A stretch of 64,000 bases of DNA, taken from the NCBI GenBank assembly GCA_963662285.2, contig CAXXMV010000006.1, positions 992,001 to 1,056,000 of the forward strand, read 5' to 3'. Shown here in pieces: positions 18,080-27,803 of the stretch (positions within the stretch are counted from its first letter, which is position 1; every line of letters starts with the position of its first letter). The notes beneath the pieces are model-generated. The model worked only from the letters and a program-made list of their open reading frames with translations. It was not told where the DNA came from and did not search any database. The position numbers and the translations under genes were made by a program. Source of the stretch: a bacterium (lineage in GTDB: Bacteria > Hinthialibacterota > Hinthialibacteria > Hinthialibacterales > Hinthialibacteraceae).

Positions 18080-19621
18080 TTATACTACCTTCTCCTTAGG
18101 CGGCGTTTGCCGGAACAGGTTGCTGAAGAAGCGTTTTAAGCCCCGTTTATCGGATTTATTAACCTCTATTTGAAGAATAGTGGCCGCGATGTTGCGTATG
18201 GTTTGCGATGCTGGCGAGTTTGGCGTGCGGAGCAAGAACGGTTTTTGATAGCGCACGGCTTTGAGAACTTCAGGGTCGCGCGGGACGAAACCGATGTTAT
18301 TGAAAGACAGGTCAAGGAACTGGCGGCACATTTGCAGCATCAGGCGTAGCACTTCCGAGGCCTCGCGGGCGTTTTGAGCCATGTTGATCAATAAACCGAT
18401 CTCCCGGTCATCGCCATGTTTGAGCAGGGTCTTAATCAAGGCGTAGGCGTCGGTATAGGCGGTCGGTTCGGGCGTGGTGACCACGATGATCTTATCGGCG
18501 GCCGACAGAAATTGCATAACGTTGGGGTGGATTCCCGCAGCGGTGTCGATCAGCAGAATATCCGGCGGTGGAGTAAATCCTCCAAAGGCGTCGAACAGGC
18601 GGTTCATTTCCTCGATGTTCAATTGCGAAAGTTCTTCTACTCCCGAACCTCCGGGGATTATGTGGATTCCCGCCGGACCTTTGATAGTTATATCGCTCAT
18701 CTTTTTCTCACCGCTTATAACATGCGAGAGGTTGAGGCGGGGCGTTAATCCTAGAAGAACGTCTACGTTGGCCAGCGACAGGTCTGCATCGAGCACCATG
18801 ACGTTTTTGCCCATTTGCGACATGGCAATGGCTAAGTTGCAGGCGATGTTGCTTTTGCCGACTCCACCCTTGCCGCCGGTGATGGCGATAACCTGGGTGT
18901 CATTGTTCATCGGGAAGCGGTGAGTTTCCATTAGAGAAGCGATAACCGAGGAGTTTTCGGACTTATCCTTTTCTACAGGCGCAACTGTTTTCGCTCTAAC
19001 CTTTTCAGCGGGAACAATTGTTTTTGCTACAACCAGGGCTGCTGCTTTGACTTCAGGTTTTAATGGCGCCGCATTTTGTTTCGGCGGAGATTCAGTCTTG
19101 GATTGAGCATCCAGAGCGTTAAGCGGCTGTGCGGCTTTAGTTGTTTCTTGAGGTTGAACGGTTTGTTGCGGTTTAGCTGATCCATTCTTGTTTTTTCTCT
19201 TGTCTTGAGCCGACCTGCGTTGCTGATTTTGGTTTTTTGCCGTCAAGTCATTGATCGGCGCTGGATCAGATTTTGGCGTTTCGATAACGATAGTGTTTTG
19301 ATTCTTCGAAATTTTGGGCTGAGCAGTTTTATCAGGTTTATCGTTATTATCTGCATCTTGTTGTTTAGCGTTCAGTTTTGGAGATGCAGCTGTTGTGATT
19401 TTAGAGCCAAGCTTAGCAGGCGCATTTATCTTGGCAGCGGGATCGATTCTTGGAATATCATCGGTGGCTGTCGGCGTGAATATCTCGTTATCAGTATCAG
19501 CAGTCGGGGCGGGCGGTTCCATAACAGCGACGCTTTGAGCGCCGGAGTCGGGTGGATCGCTGGATTCTTGAGCGACAAGTTGCCGCAACTTTTCTGCCTG
19601 ATCAGGAATTTTTTGATTCAT
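18080..19621 (-). CDS. flhG: Flagellar number regulator FlhG/FleN (MinD-like ATPase) with long N-terminal insertion
   Basis: DQAEKLR N-terminal motif, GGKGGVGKS deviant Walker A, DADLSLANVD, IDTAAG, TPEPTAYTDAYALIK; follows flhF. Confidence 0.92.
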   Translation of the reverse strand: MNQKIPDQAEKLRQLVAQESSDPPDSGAQSVAVMEPPAPTADTDNEIFTPTATDDIPRIDPAAKINAPAKLGSKITTAASPKLNAKQQDADNNDKPDKTAQPKISKNQNTIVIETPKSDPAPINDLTAKNQNQQRRSAQDKRKNKNGSAKPQQTVQPQETTKAAQPLNALDAQSKTESPPKQNAAPLKPEVKAAALVVAKTIVPAEKVRAKTVAPVEKDKSENSSVIASLMETHRFPMNNDTQVIAITGGKGGVGKSNIACNLAIAMSQMGKNVMVLDADLSLANVDVLLGLTPRLNLSHVISGEKKMSDITIKGPAGIHIIPGGSGVEELSQLNIEEMNRLFDAFGGFTPPPDILLIDTAAGIHPNVMQFLSAADKIIVVTTPEPTAYTDAYALIKTLLKHGDDREIGLLINMAQNAREASEVLRLMLQMCRQFLDLSFNNIGFVPRDPEVLKAVRYQKPFLLRTPNSPASQTIRNIAATILQIEVNKSDKRGLKRFFSNLFRQTPPKEKVV

Positions 19622-21185
19622 CGGATTTATCCTGTTTTGTTTTAGTTACATTCGGTTTCGATGTTTTATCGGTCGATTTATTAGATTTTTGTGATTGATT
19701 TTTTACGTCGGATTCTTTAACCGGTGTTTTTTCATCTATATCATTACTTTCCAAATTATCATGTATGGAACGATTGATAGCTGGTTTAGTTAAAAGTAGT
19801 TTGGCAATTCGATCAGATTTTGCTTTTTCAATATCTTCCGGTACGTTTTGCCCGGTCGTCAAATAGGAAATAGGCATATTGAACTTTGTGATGGTGTTGA
19901 ATATAGGTCCATAGGTGGTCGATTCGTCTATTTTGGTGAAGAGCAGTCGAGTTGGTTTAATGTCTTTGAAATGTTCCACGATATCTATCATGTCGCTGTA
20001 TTTGGTTGTGGCGGACATAACAAGGTGAACTTCGTCGGGATGGCAAGCGTCGACGATAGCGCCTAAGGTGCTCATTTGAGGCATGTTTCTCTGGCAGGTT
20101 CCCGCCGTGTCGAAGAGGATCAGGTGAGCGTCTTTATGCTTTTTGAGCGCCTGACGCACTTCATCAGGGGAATATGTAACCTCTAACTCTACACCCAGGA
20201 TTTCGGTGTATTTTTGTAATTGCTCAACGGCAGCCAGGCGATAAAGGTCGGCGGTAATGAAAACAATTTTGGGCCGCGTCTTGGAGGTTGGATTATAGCG
20301 GTACTGAGCGGATATTTTGGCCAGGGTAGTAGTTTTCCCGACGCCGGTCGGACCGACTAGCATAACGACTTTGGGCTTTCCGCCCGGTTGGCAAAGTTCG
20401 ATGGGCGCCGTTGTTTTAATTCTGGATATTAGATGCGCTTTGAGAGATGTCCAAACATCATCTTCATCATCAGTGGTTTCGGCGATAGTTGAGGCAATAT
20501 TCAATGCCAGGTGTTCATCAACATCCTGATCCAGGAGATGGTTGTAGAGTTCGCGGGTATGAGAAGGGATGGAAGGTTTTTCTCCGGAAATTAGCGAGGG
20601 TCCCAGATTCTCTATCAGACCGGTAAGTTTGATCAAGCGTTTCTCCATATCGGATAGACGCTTATCAAGAATTTTCTCTTCACCGGCAAATTTCCCGTTG
20701 TCGGCAGGAAGCTGTTTGTTGAGCGGCGATGAGGTAAATACGCTGGGATTTTTGCTGTTATTGTTTTCTTCAACGATCCTTTTGGAAAGAGCGAGCAGAG
20801 GATTATCCGCTTTTTGCATAGGCGTGTTCAATAAAGGATTGTCATTTTTAGCATTATTGAACTGCGACGCTGGAGCGTTGAGTGGTGGCAGATCGTTAAA
20901 AACCGGTTGATCATCCACGATCTTAATATCCAGGTTTCCTCCCCGACGCGGACTACGGGCATCAGGATTTTGATTAGGAGTCGGATTACTCTGAAATTTT
21001 GAACCAGACGAAGATTTTCTTGGATCAACGCCTGCAGTCACTTCCACTCCGCCTCTACTGAACCACCCGAGCAATCCACGGGACATATCCCTCGAATGAA
21101 GGATGATGGCATTGGCGCCTAGTTCAGTCTTGACCATACGCATGGCTTCAGCCATGTCTCTAGCTTGGAACTTTTTGACTCTCAC
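19602..21185 (-). CDS. flhF: Flagellar SRP-type GTPase FlhF
   Basis: MRVKKFQARDMAEAM, GPTGVGKTTTLAK, DTAG, TKIDE, GQNVPEDI. Confidence 0.96.
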   Translation of the reverse strand: MRVKKFQARDMAEAMRMVKTELGANAIILHSRDMSRGLLGWFSRGGVEVTAGVDPRKSSSGSKFQSNPTPNQNPDARSPRRGGNLDIKIVDDQPVFNDLPPLNAPASQFNNAKNDNPLLNTPMQKADNPLLALSKRIVEENNNSKNPSVFTSSPLNKQLPADNGKFAGEEKILDKRLSDMEKRLIKLTGLIENLGPSLISGEKPSIPSHTRELYNHLLDQDVDEHLALNIASTIAETTDDEDDVWTSLKAHLISRIKTTAPIELCQPGGKPKVVMLVGPTGVGKTTTLAKISAQYRYNPTSKTRPKIVFITADLYRLAAVEQLQKYTEILGVELEVTYSPDEVRQALKKHKDAHLILFDTAGTCQRNMPQMSTLGAIVDACHPDEVHLVMSATTKYSDMIDIVEHFKDIKPTRLLFTKIDESTTYGPIFNTITKFNMPISYLTTGQNVPEDIEKAKSDRIAKLLLTKPAINRSIHDNLESNDIDEKTPVKESDVKNQSQKSNKSTDKTSKPNVTKTKQDKSDESKNS

Positions 21186-23286
21186 TTTGCAACCTCACTG
21201 TGGCGATTCGACTAACGCCAACCTCCTGCGAAATTTCGTTGAATGATAAGACTATGATATGCGGAATGGTGCGTTCGCAGAGCCGCCGCAGATGAGCGCG
21301 GATACTGGGCTGCGTCAGCACCAAGGGATGATAACCAGATATCATGGCGTTGTTGCATTCTCCCTGGATGGCTGAAATAACGTGTTCGGCGTAGATTGGA
21401 TCAGTAGCCATAATGCCAGCCGGAGCGCGTTGCATTTCTTCCTGGATTCGGCTTTCGATATTCGGATCAAGAGTGATAACCGGAACCTGTCCCGATTGAT
21501 CCAGATACAGGTTGGTAATTACCCGCGCCAGATTCATACGGCAGAATTCGGTTAAAGTGTCCGGATTCATCTGGGCGGTTTGAGCATAGTCGGCAATCGC
21601 TTCGAAGATCATCTCCAGATGACGGATGGGAACGCGTTCGCGCAACAGATTCTGCAATACTTTTTGAATTAATCCGACTTTGATCTGGCTCTTTTCGATA
21701 ATTTCGTCGATCAGCACTGCGTTGCTTTCGCGCAAGTTGTCTATCAATTGTTGAACTTCCTGGCGTCCCAGCAGTTCATAAGCGTGAGATTTGATTACTT
21801 CCGTTAAATGAGTGGCCATGACAGCTGCGGGTTCGACTACGCTGTAGCCCGCCATTTCGGCGCGGGAACGCTCGTCCGGTTCAATCCATTTAGCTGGCGT
21901 ATGAAAGGCCGGTTCGATTCCTTTGATGCCGGGGACCTCATCATCTTCTTCCATACCCGGTTTCATGGCTAAGAGGCGTTCCGGTCTGATCTCTCCATCG
22001 GCTACCTTGATGCCGCGAATCATGATGTTGTATAGGCGGGGACCCAGTTGCATGTTATCCCTAATACGTATAGGGGGAACAATCAAACCCAGTTCGACGG
22101 CGGTCTGGCGCCGGATGATGCCTACGCGGTCGAGTAGATCTCCGCCCTGTTCGCTATCAACAATGGGGATCAGACCAAAGCCGATTTCAATTTCCATCGG
22201 ATCAACTTCCAGCAGGCTTTCCACATCCTCAGGTTCAGGCGGTTTCTCTTCCTCTTCTTTTTTGGCTATTTCCTCTTCTTGAATTACTGAGCGCGCTTGT
22301 GTAACTTTGACCAACCAGGCGCTTCCTCCAAGTATTGCTGCTATGAGTATGAAAGGAAACACAATGCCCGGTTCCATCATTACTCCCAAAGCGGCGATGA
22401 GGAAGAGGGCTGCGGAAGCGACGAACATCGCTTCCGGTTTATTGAATAATTGCTTTGATAAGCTTTCACCCAATGCCGTTTCTTCGGAAGCGCGGGTAAC
22501 CACCACGCCAGCGGCCAGTGCGGTCAGCAGGGCGGGGATTTGGCTGACCAGGCCATCACCGATAGTTAGGATAGTGTAGGTCGATAAAATGGAGGGTATC
22601 TCCATACCCTCTTCGGAGAATCCAACGCCTATGCCTCCAACAATATTGATTAAGGTGATAATAATGCCTGCAACGGCGTCGCCGCGCACAAATTTACTGG
22701 CGCCGTCCATGGCGCCATAGAAATCCGCTTCGCGCGCAATCTCTGCGCGGCGTCTGCGGGCGTCGCCTTCGGTGATAAGACCGGCGTTGAGGTCGGCGTC
22801 GATAGCCATTTGCTTGCCCGGCATAGCGTCGAGAGTAAAGCGGGCGGCGACTTCAGCAATACGTCCCGAACCTTTGGTGATGACGATAAATTGAATAATG
22901 ATCAGTATGAGAAAGACGATAAAACCGATTATGGCGTTGTTGCCGGCGACAACCCGACCGAAGAAATCAATCATGGCGCCGGCTTTTTGAGTAACTCCTG
23001 AAGCTGGCATCAGGATCAATTTGGTCGAGGCGACGTTCAATGCCAGGCGATAAAAAGTCAGTATTAACAGAACCGATGGGAATGTAGTGAATTCCAACGG
23101 ATTGGTCATATACAGCGACAGCATCAACACCATTAAGGCGAAAGTGATGTTTATGGCCAGCAATAGGTTTAGTATGAATGGCGGCACCTGTCCCAGCATG
23201 ATGGCGAGGATGCCGATAAAGCCAATCGCGATGCCAATATTGGAACCGCGTTGCATAAGGCTTTTACTTACGATTGCTGTGGCCAT
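21160..23286 (-). CDS. flhA: Flagellar export gate FlhA
   Basis: EVAARFTLDAMPGKQMAIDADLNAG, FYGAMDGASKFVRGDA. Confidence 0.98.
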   Translation of the reverse strand: MATAIVSKSLMQRGSNIGIAIGFIGILAIMLGQVPPFILNLLLAINITFALMVLMLSLYMTNPLEFTTFPSVLLILTFYRLALNVASTKLILMPASGVTQKAGAMIDFFGRVVAGNNAIIGFIVFLILIIIQFIVITKGSGRIAEVAARFTLDAMPGKQMAIDADLNAGLITEGDARRRRAEIAREADFYGAMDGASKFVRGDAVAGIIITLINIVGGIGVGFSEEGMEIPSILSTYTILTIGDGLVSQIPALLTALAAGVVVTRASEETALGESLSKQLFNKPEAMFVASAALFLIAALGVMMEPGIVFPFILIAAILGGSAWLVKVTQARSVIQEEEIAKKEEEEKPPEPEDVESLLEVDPMEIEIGFGLIPIVDSEQGGDLLDRVGIIRRQTAVELGLIVPPIRIRDNMQLGPRLYNIMIRGIKVADGEIRPERLLAMKPGMEEDDEVPGIKGIEPAFHTPAKWIEPDERSRAEMAGYSVVEPAAVMATHLTEVIKSHAYELLGRQEVQQLIDNLRESNAVLIDEIIEKSQIKVGLIQKVLQNLLRERVPIRHLEMIFEAIADYAQTAQMNPDTLTEFCRMNLARVITNLYLDQSGQVPVITLDPNIESRIQEEMQRAPAGIMATDPIYAEHVISAIQGECNNAMISGYHPLVLTQPSIRAHLRRLCERTIPHIIVLSFNEISQEVGVSRIATVRLQSESQKVPS

Positions 23287-23310
23287 TATTACTGCTCAGT
23301 CGCATATAAT

Positions 23311-24402
23311 TTATGCGGTTTCCCGGGCGTAGTCTGAAATTTTACCTTGCAGTTTGTATACATAAGCAAGTACTTCAGCTATCGCCTGATATAATTCCGG
23401 CGGAATCTGTCCGCCAACATCGGCTAGTTTATATAATGATTGCGCCAGAGGACGATTTTCCACGATTGGTATATCATACTCTAAAGCAAGTTCCTTGATT
23501 CTTTTGGCATGTAAATTTTTACCCTTGGCTACTACTATCGGAGCAGAATTTTCTTCTGGAGTGTATTTAATGGCAATGGCGTATTCCGTGGGATTGGTGA
23601 CCACTACGTCCGCTTCGGGTACTTCTTCCATCATTCTTTTACGGGCCATTTCCCGTTGAATGGCGCGGATGCGTCCTTTAATCTGTGGATCGCCCTGGAT
23701 GTCTTTCATCTCCTGCTTCACTTCTTCTTTGGTCATGCGCAGGTCTTTTTCATGCTGCCAGCGTTGATAGGTGAAATCAATGATGGCCAGGATGATAAGG
23801 ATGAGAATAGTGTAGAGCGCCAGTTCAAGCCCTTCATAACCGATATGAATCATTGCGTCTACTACGCTTAAACTGGATATTCCCAGCATTTCGGGAATAT
23901 CGGTGTAAACGATGTATATCATAAGAGGCGCAATCATAAAGATTTTGCCGATTGATTTAAGTAATTCCATTGCGCCTCGAGCCGAAACCAGCCTTTTTAG
24001 GCCGGAAATAGGATTAAGTTTGGATGGTTTGGGTTGCAAGGGCTTCAAGGTAAAGATGAATCCAACCTGTATTAAATTGGAGGCGATGCTGACCAGGAAG
24101 AAAATAATGAAAAACGGAGCAATTATGATCATAGCGCGCATACCTACACCCAGCATAACGGCATGTATGCTTGCTTCGTTAACTACTTGATCGGCGCAAT
24201 TTTCGAAATAAAAAATAGTTGCTTCTTTTAAACCATACCAGTAGTCATCGAGGTAGTTATAACAAGCTACAACTCCGGCGATAAGCAGGATGCAGGTGTT
24301 AACTTCCGTGCTTTTTGGTACTTGTCCTTCTTCACGAGATTTCGATCTTTTCCTGGCCGTCGCAGTCTCGGTTTTTTCCTGTCCGCTCTCAGACTCTGCC
24401 AT
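23311..24402 (-). CDS. flhB: Flagellar export switch FlhB
   Basis: EKTE N-terminus, EVKQEMKDIQGDPQIK, TNPT autocleavage motif (NPTE instead of NPTH). Confidence 0.97.
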   Translation of the reverse strand: MAESESGQEKTETATARKRSKSREEGQVPKSTEVNTCILLIAGVVACYNYLDDYWYGLKEATIFYFENCADQVVNEASIHAVMLGVGMRAMIIIAPFFIIFFLVSIASNLIQVGFIFTLKPLQPKPSKLNPISGLKRLVSARGAMELLKSIGKIFMIAPLMIYIVYTDIPEMLGISSLSVVDAMIHIGYEGLELALYTILILIILAIIDFTYQRWQHEKDLRMTKEEVKQEMKDIQGDPQIKGRIRAIQREMARKRMMEEVPEADVVVTNPTEYAIAIKYTPEENSAPIVVAKGKNLHAKRIKELALEYDIPIVENRPLAQSLYKLADVGGQIPPELYQAIAEVLAYVYKLQGKISDYARETA

Positions 24403-24435
24403 ATTATTCTACTCCGATGACTTTCAAGTAGTCAT

Positions 24436-25329
24436 TCAGGATGGGGTCAATCTTCCAAGAAATTGCCCGGAAAACCATGGGTACAACATCAGATGCGGCT
24501 TAAAAGTAATGACGATATAAACTATAAGATTAGAAAGTATAAATAGAGCCATCGACATCCGAATTGCAAAACCGACTGACATAATATTCAATTGCGGCGC
24601 CGTGCGCGCAATAAAAGCTTCGGCCAGACTTACCAGCAGCATGCATCCGATCATAGGAAGCGCGATGCGGATTCCCATGATAAAGAGAATAGACATGACT
24701 GCATGACGTGGTTCTTCGCCTACAATGATTGTTTGATAACCCGCTTTACTTATTGCGGCCAGTGATATTCCCGCTCCGGGAGGGATCACTCTGAAACTAT
24801 TGGCTAGAGCTTGTAGAATCAATTCCGGCCCGCCGATGATCAGAAAGAGCATGGTTCCGATCCATACTTTAATCTGGGCGATGAGAAAATTGTCCTGTCC
24901 GGTGATGGGATCAAAGACCGATGCGGCGGAGAAGCCCGCCTGTTTTCCAATAATTTCGCCTGACATTCCAATGGCGCCCAGCAGCACTTGAAATATAAAA
25001 CTCAGCCCGAAGCCGATAGCGAATTCACCAATAGCAGTAAGGACGAAATCAAGCACGCCGCTATATAGTTGAGTGGCCGGTGGAATGCCGTATCCATTAG
25101 CCGCTTCATTAATGCCAAGGTATGGCCCGGCTAAAACCAATGCAATCCAGAACGCCAGCCCGGCGCGTACCGGGCGAGGGACGGTCTGCCCCCCGAAAAC
25201 CGGCATGGCGAACACAGTTCCAGCTACCCTTATCATAACGAAGAAGAAGGTCATGAACTGCATCTCGTATGGCTGAGGTAACAGATTAAGCATTCCCATT
25301 AGTTTTCTTTCGACCGGATCATCGGTCAC
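24436..25329 (-). CDS. fliR: Flagellar export protein FliR
   Basis: Hydrophobic; RTAPQLNIMSVGF; lies between fliQ and flhB. Confidence 0.93.
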   Translation of the reverse strand: MTDDPVERKLMGMLNLLPQPYEMQFMTFFFVMIRVAGTVFAMPVFGGQTVPRPVRAGLAFWIALVLAGPYLGINEAANGYGIPPATQLYSGVLDFVLTAIGEFAIGFGLSFIFQVLLGAIGMSGEIIGKQAGFSAASVFDPITGQDNFLIAQIKVWIGTMLFLIIGGPELILQALANSFRVIPPGAGISLAAISKAGYQTIIVGEEPRHAVMSILFIMGIRIALPMIGCMLLVSLAEAFIARTAPQLNIMSVGFAIRMSMALFILSNLIVYIVITFKPHLMLYPWFSGQFLGRLTPS

Positions 25330-25332
25330 CGA

Positions 25333-25608
25333 TTAGAAATTTTTGGCTACTTCAGGGATCTTTTCGAAAATCCTTAAGGTTAAATCAAGTATTCGTTCGA
25401 TCAACCAGGGCATCAAAAACATGATGGTCGCACCGACCACAACCAGCTTAGGCACTATAGTAAGCGTCTGTTCGTGAATCTGAGTAGCCGCTTGTATCAG
25501 GCTGATGAACAGCCCTACAACCAATCCCACCCCCAACAGGGGAAGGCTTATAAGCAAGGCGTTGAACATCATTTCCTGGCCAAGTTTTACAACGTATAAT
25601 TCATTCAT
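25333..25608 (-). CDS. fliQ: Flagellar export protein FliQ
   Basis: QAATQIHEQTLTIVPK. Confidence 0.96.
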   Translation of the reverse strand: MNELYVVKLGQEMMFNALLISLPLLGVGLVVGLFISLIQAATQIHEQTLTIVPKLVVVGATIMFLMPWLIERILDLTLRIFEKIPEVAKNF

Positions 25609-25641
25609 GATTTTATCTTCTAGTCTCTGTCAGATTTTTTC

Positions 25642-26487
25642 TTATGCGCCCAGTGACATGTTTTGTATGAACGAAGCGCCCAATGCCCGGATCAAGACGC
25701 TCCAACCATCCACCAGTACGAATAACAGGATTTTGAATGGAAGCGATATGAAGGCCGGCGGCAACTGAAACATCCCCATCGAGATCAAAATTGACGAGGT
25801 CACAAGATCAAGAATGAGAAATGGAATAAAAATCATAAATCCCATCATGAACGCTTTTTTCAGTTCGCTGATCATAAATGACGGGATGAGAATGTGGGTC
25901 GGGATGTCATTAAAAGTGGCCGGTTTATTCATCTTGGCCATCGACATGAAAATCATAACGTCGTGGGCGCCTGATGTCCCAATTTGCTGCCACATAAACA
26001 TCCTGATGGGAACAAGAGATTTTTGCAGCATATGGTAAAAGGGTAGAATTTCTTTTGTAACAGGTTTCCCGAAGGGATCGGTGTCTCCCGGTTGCAGCCC
26101 TTTAAGTTCCTGACGAAGATAAGGTCCGATAGCTTCCTTGTGCATCTTTTCAAAGACCGGCGTCATGATGTAAAAGGTCATGAAGAGGGCGACGCCGATG
26201 ATAATTTCATTGGATGGAGTCTGTTGCGTTCCGATGGCGCGGCGCACTAAACCCAGCACGATAGAGATGCGGATGAACGACGTCGTCATGATAGCTATGC
26301 TGGGCAGCACGGATAGAATTGTCAGCAAAAAGAGGATTTGTAGAGTGATCGATACATCCTTGGGATTGGGTTGTCCATCCAGACCAATACTTGGAAATAT
26401 CGGCGCTGCTTCTTGTGCGATGGCGCTATGAGCGCCAATCATCATCAATGAAACTCCTAATATGATTAAGATGCTTATTTTACGCAT
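25642..26487 (-). CDS. fliP: Flagellar export protein FliP
   Basis: MTTSFIRISIVL, PSFMISELKKAF, SLPFKILLFVLVDGW. Confidence 0.97.
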   Translation of the reverse strand: MRKISILIILGVSLMMIGAHSAIAQEAAPIFPSIGLDGQPNPKDVSITLQILFLLTILSVLPSIAIMTTSFIRISIVLGLVRRAIGTQQTPSNEIIIGVALFMTFYIMTPVFEKMHKEAIGPYLRQELKGLQPGDTDPFGKPVTKEILPFYHMLQKSLVPIRMFMWQQIGTSGAHDVMIFMSMAKMNKPATFNDIPTHILIPSFMISELKKAFMMGFMIFIPFLILDLVTSSILISMGMFQLPPAFISLPFKILLFVLVDGWSVLIRALGASFIQNMSLGA

Positions 26488-27232
26488 TTTGATCTCCCTT
26501 GCGTTTTAGTCGCTGTGAGAGTCCCTTTAGGAAGAGAAGGCTGGCGTTGACTTCTTGAGTCAGGTCCTGGTTTTCAAGAGATGTTTGCCATTGTGAAAGG
26601 TTGTTTTGGAAATTGGCTGGAGCAACGCCGGATTGTTGCATAGGCGCGTCTTCTGTTTCAGGTATGTTTTGCGCCTGGCTAAGATCAACCTTTGATATTA
26701 GAGAGACGGAATTACCACCCTCGCCAACCAGGTAATACTCGTTGCCGACTCTAAGCAGATGCACCTTGGATTTTTGAGAAAGAGCGTATGATCCCAGGCG
26801 TTGAATATATTCCCCGCCAAGGGTATGAGATTTTATGAAAAACCGTTTTAAGGCCCAGGCGATTGTTAATCCCAGTAATATGACGAAGGCCAGACTAATC
26901 AACATCTGTCCCAGGGATTTCATCAGTGATGGATCGCTTGTTGGCAGAGCGAAGTCTCCCGGAAATGTGGCGGAGGCAACCTTGCTGGGCGAAGGATTTT
27001 CCCAATATTCTTTAAGAGCATCAAATATTGGATCGGCGGGATGAGCCGGGCTGGCGGAAATAATAGTGGAATCTGAGATGGTTGATGAAGCTGAAACCTC
27101 TGCTATATCAGGGGAAGCGGCGGTTTTTTTCCGGGATTCGTCTGCTTCTAACGCCTGAATCTGGATGGCGGAATAGAAAAATAGACATAGAAAGAATCCC
27201 ACACGAACTGTGCGTAAAAAAGAAGCAGCCAT
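26480..27232 (-). CDS. fliO: FliO/FliZ-family flagellar protein
   Basis: TM helix then LGSYALSQKSKVHLLRVGNEYYLVG; directly upstream of fliP. Confidence 0.82.
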   Translation of the reverse strand: MAASFLRTVRVGFFLCLFFYSAIQIQALEADESRKKTAASPDIAEVSASSTISDSTIISASPAHPADPIFDALKEYWENPSPSKVASATFPGDFALPTSDPSLMKSLGQMLISLAFVILLGLTIAWALKRFFIKSHTLGGEYIQRLGSYALSQKSKVHLLRVGNEYYLVGEGGNSVSLISKVDLSQAQNIPETEDAPMQQSGVAPANFQNNLSQWQTSLENQDLTQEVNASLLFLKGLSQRLKRKGDQNA

Positions 27233-27330
27233 TTTTTTGTACTGTCAAACGCCAGGCATTCGACAGCCCTCAACCGAAAATATGCGAACGTATAAAAAAC
27301 GCCGCAGAATAAAAAAAGAACAACCCTAAT

Positions 27331-27753
27331 TCATGCAACAACCTTATCGATCAAAATACCGTTCTGGCCGTCGCTATTAACAATTTTTCCCTCGGCGATT
27401 ACGCGACCTTCTACCATTACCGAAGCGTGATGACCGGCGCGGGATAATAAAGTATTCCATGAAACAGGCTCCAGCCGTAATATCTCTACTACTTTTCCAT
27501 TTGGATGCCGTACAATAATTTGCGCATCGACTGCGACTTCGAGCAGTTTTGAAAAATTATGTTTGGTTTGCTGATCGCCATCGGGAAAACAAGCGCTGGA
27601 AATCTCTTGCTGCCATTTCGATCCGCGCGTGATTACATCCGCCTGGCGGCATCCAACTTTACCTTTGATGGAATGAACGCTCAGCAGGGCGCCCGGCCTA
27701 AGAGAGATAAGGTCAATTAATTTTAGTACAGAAGTTTGTTTAAGTGCAGCCAT
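27331..27753 (-). CDS. Divergent FliN/SPOA-domain protein
   Basis: C-terminal VMVEGRVIAEGKIVNSDGQNGILIDKVV resembles the FliN SPOA end; lies between fliY and fliO. Confidence 0.55.
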   Translation of the reverse strand: MAALKQTSVLKLIDLISLRPGALLSVHSIKGKVGCRQADVITRGSKWQQEISSACFPDGDQQTKHNFSKLLEVAVDAQIIVRHPNGKVVEILRLEPVSWNTLLSRAGHHASVMVEGRVIAEGKIVNSDGQNGILIDKVVA

Positions 27754-27803
27754 CTCTCAAACCACCATTGAATATCGAAAACGCCCCTTCTTAAAGGGAC
27801 GGC

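Noticed and set aside
21160-21185. flhA/flhF overlap as a frameshift
   Set aside because: Both proteins are complete; short overlaps are normal in flagellar operons
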